Positions 58,055-64,000 of a stretch of DNA of 64,000 nucleotides are shown in pieces (position 1 is the first letter of the stretch; the number at the start of each line of letters is the position of its first letter). Below the pieces are notes generated by a model, which saw nothing but the letters and a program-made list of their open reading frames with translations, ran no database searches and was not told the DNA's origin. The stretch comes from Anaerohalosphaeraceae bacterium (GTDB lineage: Bacteria > Planctomycetota > Phycisphaerae > Sedimentisphaerales > UBA12454): contig JAIORA010000047.1 of NCBI GenBank assembly GCA_021108375.1, positions 102,476 through 166,475 on the forward strand, read 5' to 3'. The position numbers were made by a program, and so were the translations under genes.

Positions 58055-59098
58055 ATGGCAATAGATAGAGTGCTTAATTCGCAATCCAAAGATAAAGCTG
58101 AAAAAAATTTCAACTTCGCCCTTCGTCCGCAATCGCTGGCAGAATGTATTGGGCAATCATCAATCAAAGAGAAATTAGCTATCGCAACTGAGGCAGCCCA
58201 AAAAAGAGGCGAGCCGCTGGACCATATACTTTTTTATGGCCCGCCCGGGCTTGGAAAAACTACGCTCGCTCACGTTATCGCTAATGAAATGGGAGCAAAA
58301 ATAAAAACAACTTCCGGCCCGGCACTGGTCAAGCAAGGCGATATAATGGGGCTTTTGAGCAATGTCGGCACTGGCGATGTTCTGTTCATAGACGAAATTC
58401 ACCGCCTTAGTACGCCGGTAGAGGAATTTATTTACCCCGCGATGGAAGATTTCAAAGTGGATTTCACCGTCGATAGTGGGATGCACGCAAAGACGATAAA
58501 CTTCCCGCTGAAACGCTTTACGCTTATAGGGGCAACAACGCGAGCCGGACTTCTCAGCGCACCGCTTAGAGGCAGGTTCGGAATGATGCACCATCTGGAA
58601 TTTTACAATACCGCCGAGCTTACAACGATTATTGAACGGTCTGCGGAGCTGCTGAACCTCGAAAGCGAAAGCGATGCACTGTCTCTGATAGCATCGCGCT
58701 CTCGCGGCACACCTCGAGTGGCAAACAGGCTTCTCCGCCGGGTTCGGGACTACGCACAGGTTAAAGGCTCAGGCCGGCTCACCAGAGATATTGTCGAAAA
58801 ATCACTCGAAATGGAACAAATCGATGCACTCGGACTCGACCGGCTCGACAGGTCTTTCCTAATGGCACTGGCAAAAATTTATAATGGCGGCCCGGCAGGA
58901 ATAGAAGCCCTTGCCGCTACGCTCGGCGAAGAACGCGACACGCTGGAAGACGTTGTCGAGCCATACCTGCTGCAAATTGGCTTTGTTCGCAGAACAAAAA
59001 GAGGAAGGGAAATCACCTCTGCCGCCTGCAAACATCTCGGACTCTCGCTAAAAAACATAGGGGAAAATACTGACTCAGAAAAGGATTTCTTTGAGTAG
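58055..59098 (+). CDS. ruvB: Holliday junction ATPase RuvB
   Basis: LFYGPPGLGKTTLA Walker A, FIDEIHRL Walker B, and a sensor region. Confidence 0.95.
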   Translation: MAIDRVLNSQSKDKAEKNFNFALRPQSLAECIGQSSIKEKLAIATEAAQKRGEPLDHILFYGPPGLGKTTLAHVIANEMGAKIKTTSGPALVKQGDIMGLLSNVGTGDVLFIDEIHRLSTPVEEFIYPAMEDFKVDFTVDSGMHAKTINFPLKRFTLIGATTRAGLLSAPLRGRFGMMHHLEFYNTAELTTIIERSAELLNLESESDALSLIASRSRGTPRVANRLLRRVRDYAQVKGSGRLTRDIVEKSLEMEQIDALGLDRLDRSFLMALAKIYNGGPAGIEALAATLGEERDTLEDVVEPYLLQIGFVRRTKRGREITSAACKHLGLSLKNIGENTDSEKDFFE

Positions 59099-61619
59099 AA
59101 CCAATTTGAAAACTATCGATTTGACAGGGCAATGGCAGTTCACCGAATATCCTGCAAAGGCTCGCAGAATGCGGGATGTCGAAGACAGCAACTGGCGGCA
59201 ATGCACTGTACCAAACTCTATTTTTACAAATCTAATTGAATCGCATCAGATAGAAGAAGCCGACCTGCTGGCCAATCCTGAAAATTACAAAGATATAAGC
59301 CGAAAGGCCTGGCTCTACCAAAAAAACTTCGACTGCCCGCAGGAAATTCTTGATTCAGACAGATGCGACCTCGTTTTCGATGGGCTTGATACCGTTACGC
59401 AGATATGGCTCAACGGCAAACTCATCGCCAAAACAAATAATATGTTCGTCAGCCATCGCATCGATGTCAGCAGGCATCTCAAAGCTGGCAGCAACCACCT
59501 TATGGTAAAATTTGAATCGCCTCTGGCCTGCGCCGAAAAACTCGCGGACAGGTATGGCCAAATCACCAGCGACGCTAACGGCCACGGCAGCCGGGTATAT
59601 ATAAGAAAAGCACAGTACCAGTTTGGCTGGGACTGGGGGCCGCCTCTGCCGGGATGCGGCATATTCAGACCCCTGCGCATTGAAGCTATTGATAAGGCAA
59701 GAATAGAAAACATTCATATCCGCACAGTTAATTGCACCGAAAATTTTGCTGACATTCGCATATCAGCACAGTTAGACAGAGCCACGTCGGGCAAATATCG
59801 CCTGGAGACCAAAATAATATCACCTGACGGTTCCCCAGCGGGTTTTTTGGCAATGGATTTTGAAAGACGAGACGATTATCTCTCGGGGATGATTCGCATT
59901 GACCAGCCCGGCTTGTGGTTTCCAGTTGGCTACGGCTCGCAACCGCTTTATAAAGTGAACGCAAAACTAATTTGCGATGAAAACACTGTTGACTGTAAAT
60001 CTGAAGCCTTCGGAATCCGAACAGTCAAGGTCAATCAAAACAAAGATACCTTCGGCAAGAGCTTTACCTTTGAGATAAACAATCAGTTTGTCTATTGCAA
60101 AGGCGCAAATTGGATACCGATTTCGATGCTGGCAGGTTCTGCCAAATACGAAAACTATGAAAAGCTGCTAACCGCCGCGGCAGAGGCTAATATGAATATG
60201 CTGCGGGTGTGGGGCGGAGGTTATTATGAAGACCCTGCGTTTTACGAAATATGCGACAGGCTCGGAATAATGCTCTGGCAGGATTTTATGTTCGCCTGCG
60301 GCTACTATCCCGACAGAGGCTGGTTTGCAAAGGAAGTAAAAGACGAAGTCGAACAGGCCATCAAACGTCTGCGGAATCATCCAAGTATTGTAATCTGGTG
60401 CGGCAACAACGAAAATCATTGGCTGCACAAATGCGGATGGCAGGGACAAAAGAAAAAATTCTACGGCAAACATATTTATAACAATCTCATACCGCACATA
60501 CTCTCAGAACTCGACCCTGACCGGGACTATGTAAATTCATCTCCATTTGGCGATGCAAAAAATCCTAACTCCCCTTCCAACGGCACAACGCACAACTGGC
60601 AAGTATGGTCTGGAATGGCAGGCTCGAACGATTATTTAGCAGACAATAAAAATATCCCAAGATTTGTCTGCGAATTCGGATTCCAATCAATGCCTGGCAA
60701 AAATACAATAAAAACTTTCGGCCCAAGCGAACAAATCTGCCTCGGTTCGGCAGCTGTTGAAAAACACAATTACCAGTTGGCTGGCAATGAGCGACTCGGA
60801 TTTTATATTGCTGAAAATTTCCCGTCGCCTAAGTCTATGAATGACTATGCTTTTCTTTCGCAGCTTACTCAGGCAAGAGCCGTTGTGAAATATATTGAGC
60901 ATCTGCGAGCAAACTCGGAGATAAATTCAGGCGTGCTTTACTGGCAGCTCAACGACGCTTTTCCCTCGACAAGCTGGTCATCTATCGACTATATGGGCGT
61001 GCCAAAGGGCTTGTATTATTATGCAAAACGAGCTTTTGCTCCTGTTACAATATGTCCTTCGCTAACGTTTACCCCGCCGACACAGGGCATCTGGAACAAA
61101 CTTGCGTCCTTATCTGCTGCCGTGAGCAACCAGTCGCCTTTAACATTCACTGCTATGTTGATATGCCAGCTAAAAGACCTGGATTTTAATATCATTGACG
61201 AATTCAAAAGGCCTGTTTCGGTTGCTCCGGGACGCTCTTTAAAAACGAATCTGCCGGAATCTTTCATTAGCCCGATAAATCCGGAAAAAAGTTTTGTTCA
61301 TTTCCAACTGGACGATGCCGGGAATAAAAAAATAGAAAATTCCTATTTTTATCTGCCGGACAAATACATCGAATGGAAAAATCAGCCGCCGGAAATAACC
61401 GCTGAAAAAATTCAGGCTCACAAATGGCAGCTAAATCTGATGTCCAAAACGGTCATCAGAGACTTGAGTATTGATATGAAAACCTTGGCGACATTAACAG
61501 ACAATTTCCTGAATCTGACAACAGCCGAAAACCGAACTATAACGGTTACAACCGCCAGCGAAATTGAGGATTTGCTCTCTGAGATTCAAATAAAATCGGT
61601 CAACTCCACCCTTACATAA
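59091..61619 (+). CDS. Glycoside hydrolase family 2 (beta-mannosidase-like)
   Basis: 842 aa with an N-terminal sugar-binding beta-sandwich, a central TIM-barrel with NENH (WCGNNENHW) and the catalytic Glu region (VCEFGFQSMP). The start overlaps the ruvB stop. Confidence 0.75.
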   Translation: MSRTNLKTIDLTGQWQFTEYPAKARRMRDVEDSNWRQCTVPNSIFTNLIESHQIEEADLLANPENYKDISRKAWLYQKNFDCPQEILDSDRCDLVFDGLDTVTQIWLNGKLIAKTNNMFVSHRIDVSRHLKAGSNHLMVKFESPLACAEKLADRYGQITSDANGHGSRVYIRKAQYQFGWDWGPPLPGCGIFRPLRIEAIDKARIENIHIRTVNCTENFADIRISAQLDRATSGKYRLETKIISPDGSPAGFLAMDFERRDDYLSGMIRIDQPGLWFPVGYGSQPLYKVNAKLICDENTVDCKSEAFGIRTVKVNQNKDTFGKSFTFEINNQFVYCKGANWIPISMLAGSAKYENYEKLLTAAAEANMNMLRVWGGGYYEDPAFYEICDRLGIMLWQDFMFACGYYPDRGWFAKEVKDEVEQAIKRLRNHPSIVIWCGNNENHWLHKCGWQGQKKKFYGKHIYNNLIPHILSELDPDRDYVNSSPFGDAKNPNSPSNGTTHNWQVWSGMAGSNDYLADNKNIPRFVCEFGFQSMPGKNTIKTFGPSEQICLGSAAVEKHNYQLAGNERLGFYIAENFPSPKSMNDYAFLSQLTQARAVVKYIEHLRANSEINSGVLYWQLNDAFPSTSWSSIDYMGVPKGLYYYAKRAFAPVTICPSLTFTPPTQGIWNKLASLSAAVSNQSPLTFTAMLICQLKDLDFNIIDEFKRPVSVAPGRSLKTNLPESFISPINPEKSFVHFQLDDAGNKKIENSYFYLPDKYIEWKNQPPEITAEKIQAHKWQLNLMSKTVIRDLSIDMKTLATLTDNFLNLTTAENRTITVTTASEIEDLLSEIQIKSVNSTLT

Positions 61620-61702
61620 AGCGAATACGAAAAATTAAACTGCTCTGATAGCCGAGTAGCGGAAGCTGCCGGACAGACTGTTGTCATTGCGTTTGAAACG
61701 CC

Positions 61703-63661
61703 CTAAAACATACCCGGCATACCCATCATCATATCACCTGTGTCCCCTGGACCGTGTACAGGCGATGTTCTCGTTGGTCCTTGTCCGCTGGAAGCTGCAC
61801 TGCGGTCAAGAAGTTGTACCGGAGGCAATTTTTCGGCCTCTTTTATCTCATCAAAAACACTGCTTAAATCGCTTGGCCAATTCCTTTGTTTGATTGGAAT
61901 CCTTTTAAGTGTATTCGGAGCATCAATCAATCCATAGACAAGCTCTTCGTATGCACGAGGCCTTAAAACCCCCGCGCCAGTCCACTCGGTAGCCGACTCT
62001 GTATCAGTCATAACCGCACCGGTGGAAAAATCTATTGTATCGACATCTATTTCAGCTTCGGCAAGTCGTGAACCTGTCGCCGAGACTACCTTGCCGATTT
62101 CCTCTCCACACCTGACATTAAAAGTTTGACTAACCCAATTACCTAAAGTATATCGTGCTGCTTTTATTTCAACCATTTTATCGAACGCTGAATCTCCCCG
62201 CCTTACCTGGCGGACATCGGTCGGGAAAAAATAAACGCTTTGCGGCACTGAGGCAATCTCGCTTGGCTCGGAGTAATTGCTCCACAGTACCATTTTGTCT
62301 TTAAGCCCCTGCTGGTCCTGGCTGAACCAATCTTTGCCTGCAATCGGATTCAATACACCTATTCGCATACGATACTGATAAGATTTGCCGTTTTCAGCCG
62401 TGTCGTCGTGAGCCCAAAAATAAAGTTTATCTAAATTTGACAACTCCGTATCCGGCAGCAACTGAATCGCCGCAAATTTTTCAGCCTCGTTCAGCTCCAG
62501 TTTCACCTCTGCCGCCCTTCTTCCTGTCGGTCTTTCAGCAGTTCTTGGCTCTCTGCGACCAGCGGTGCGTCTTGACCTGACTTCCCTGGCAGGCGCACGG
62601 CCAGCCCCCCCCATCATCTCGTCGCCCATCCCACCTGTCATACCACGACCGTCAGTTGCACCACCTCTGACATTTGAAGTTGGTTGACGTCTGTCTCGTT
62701 CTGAAGCTCGCGTAGCTCTTTCTCGCAATCTCTCTGCGCGTTCTGCTTCGATTTCGGCTCTTCGCTGCTGCTCAAGTTCGTCAGCAAGCCTTTTCTGTCG
62801 TTGATTGTAAAAGGAAGGACTAAGCCATTGCTCTGAGGGAATCGCATTATCGTAAACGCTCGGCTGGAGTATTTCCTTGAGAGTGGAAAAATTGGATGAA
62901 AAGTTGTGCATTGCTATTTCAATTTCGTATTGATTTGCCTGCTTCGGAAGCTGCAAAGTTTTTTCAAGATTAAAAATCTTTGTTCTCGGAACCAACTCCC
63001 AATCCCCAAAGCTGCCATCCACCAAAACATTCCTTCTCTGCAACTCAACCTTTGCGAAGACCGGCTTTGAGTATTTTTCTTCACGCCAGGCTGCCTTGAC
63101 ACTTGTACCGACAAAGCTGTCGTAAAAATCAGTGTACAATTTACTAAGGTCTATCCGGGATTCAACAGTAATAAAATACAAATCTTCAAGCACGGTAGAA
63201 GCAGCTTCATAGGAAAGCACTTCGTCAAGTTTTTCGATTGGAACGAATGCTGCCATTTTTATTCCCGTAATGGAAACGAAGTTTACATCGGGCAATTGGG
63301 GCATACGATACACCCTGTTTTCAGCAACCTTGACGGGCTTAACATAGCCGGCAACGGGCAGTGCTCTGGCAATATCGACATTTTTTATGGAATTTTTGAC
63401 CAGGGCCAGATATTCCGGCTTCTTAGGTTCATAAACCTTGTCCGTGTTGGGGTCAACACTGAGTTCGTCGGCAAGCTCTACAGACCGTTTCTTCATTTCT
63501 CTATCAATTTCGCCCGTACCCAACGTGCGCCCCCTGTACTTGGCAGAATTCGGGTTGCCAAGAATAAAAACGAAAAACACCAACAGACATATAATCCCTG
63601 CAACCGCCAAGACTATCTTATCAACTAAAAGTTCTAAAAGACTACCGTTTTTTCTTCCCAT
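61703..63661 (-). CDS. Large N-terminally membrane-anchored hypothetical protein with an internal Gly/Arg-rich disordered segment
   Basis: A single N-terminal TM (IVLAVAGIICLLVFFVFIL), and about 100 aa of low-complexity R/G/E-rich sequence around residues 290-390. No catalytic motifs were recognised. Confidence 0.4.
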   Translation of the reverse strand: MGRKNGSLLELLVDKIVLAVAGIICLLVFFVFILGNPNSAKYRGRTLGTGEIDREMKKRSVELADELSVDPNTDKVYEPKKPEYLALVKNSIKNVDIARALPVAGYVKPVKVAENRVYRMPQLPDVNFVSITGIKMAAFVPIEKLDEVLSYEAASTVLEDLYFITVESRIDLSKLYTDFYDSFVGTSVKAAWREEKYSKPVFAKVELQRRNVLVDGSFGDWELVPRTKIFNLEKTLQLPKQANQYEIEIAMHNFSSNFSTLKEILQPSVYDNAIPSEQWLSPSFYNQRQKRLADELEQQRRAEIEAERAERLRERATRASERDRRQPTSNVRGGATDGRGMTGGMGDEMMGGAGRAPAREVRSRRTAGRREPRTAERPTGRRAAEVKLELNEAEKFAAIQLLPDTELSNLDKLYFWAHDDTAENGKSYQYRMRIGVLNPIAGKDWFSQDQQGLKDKMVLWSNYSEPSEIASVPQSVYFFPTDVRQVRRGDSAFDKMVEIKAARYTLGNWVSQTFNVRCGEEIGKVVSATGSRLAEAEIDVDTIDFSTGAVMTDTESATEWTGAGVLRPRAYEELVYGLIDAPNTLKRIPIKQRNWPSDLSSVFDEIKEAEKLPPVQLLDRSAASSGQGPTRTSPVHGPGDTGDMMMGMPGMF

Positions 63662-63841
63662 TTATCATCTCTTTATACACAAATCCATACCAAAATAAGT
63701 CTCGGCCAACAAACCAAATCCCTCGCACAAGACCTTGTCATTCCCGCAAAAGCGGGAATCTATTCTTTATAAAACAAGTCTCGGCCGATAGGCCGAATCC
63801 TCAACTCATAACTAAAGACTCATAACTCAAAACTATTAGTG

Positions 63842-64000
63842 TCAACGCCCTCTTCTTCTGCTGCTTGCAGGGGCATCAACAACATTTTGGCCAAGCTCGG
63901 TTTTTACAGATTCGGGTTTAATTCCATCATAACCGGCTCGATTAAAGATGTACTGACAAATCAGATTCAGGCTGACAACCGCGTCCGAGCCGTAACGATA
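63842..64000 (-). CDS. C-terminal fragment of a gene extending beyond the window end, function unknown
   Basis: The minus-strand frame is open from the window edge to the TGA at 63842-63844. It reads ...YRYGSDAVVSLNLICQYIFNRAGYDGIKPESVKTELGQNVVDAPASSRRRGR*. It is absent from the ORF track because no start lies inside the window. Confidence 0.3.
   Translation of the reverse strand, partial: YRYGSDAVVSLNLICQYIFNRAGYDGIKPESVKTELGQNVVDAPASSRRRGR

Noticed and set aside
1-64000. Scan for CRISPR arrays, cas genes, integrases, transposases, reverse transcriptases and toxin-antitoxin pairs
   Set aside because: There are no regularly spaced direct repeats with unique spacers. No ORF has DDE, tyrosine-recombinase, RT (YxDD) or HEPN/PIN-type motifs. 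The only repeats are the interspersed element and the tandem repeats inside the lysine-rich gene.

Overview
This 64 kb window looks like a chromosomal segment from a Gram-negative bacterium, probably a member of the PVC group (Planctomycetes/Verrucomicrobia/Chlamydiae-like). Pointers to that are a kdsB-pyrG linkage, a lysine-rich histone-H1-like protein, a PEP-CTERM protein, and pilD/pilT/comEC. Coding density is high. Housekeeping genes are feoAB with a DtxR-family regulator, serS, argG, mdh, rpsU, kdsB, pyrG, nadD, dxr, rseP, ispF, cysS, ruvCAB and one tRNA-Leu(CAG). Three accessory blocks are interleaved: (1) a compact lipid/polyketide-like module at 3997-9371: radical-SAM/SPASM enzyme, then hotdog dehydratase, ACP, dehydratase, KS-like lacking a catalytic His, and canonical KS. 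(2) A roughly 12 kb low-GC, single-strand operon at 37109-48990 encoding glycan/glycolipid modification enzymes, next to a PEP-CTERM protein: B12-binding radical SAM, two methyltransferases, an ArnC-like/ArnT-like glycosyltransferase pair, pyruvyl transferase, DUF362 Fe-S protein, epimerase, GT4 and GT2. (3) A RACo-like corrinoid activase, a radical SAM and an MBL hydrolase at 27620-31231. Other notable items are an apparently undescribed 170 bp interspersed repeat with a 43 bp internally deleted derivative, with one full copy supplying the stop codon of argG; a minimal class-III-cyclase-like ORF wedged between kdsB and pyrG and translationally coupled to kdsB; a tandem-repeat lysine-rich protein; a near-perfect DtxR-type operator; and several structured intergenic regions. 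I saw no CRISPR array, integrase, transposase or reverse transcriptase. All calls come from reading translations and motifs by eye; no database searches were run.
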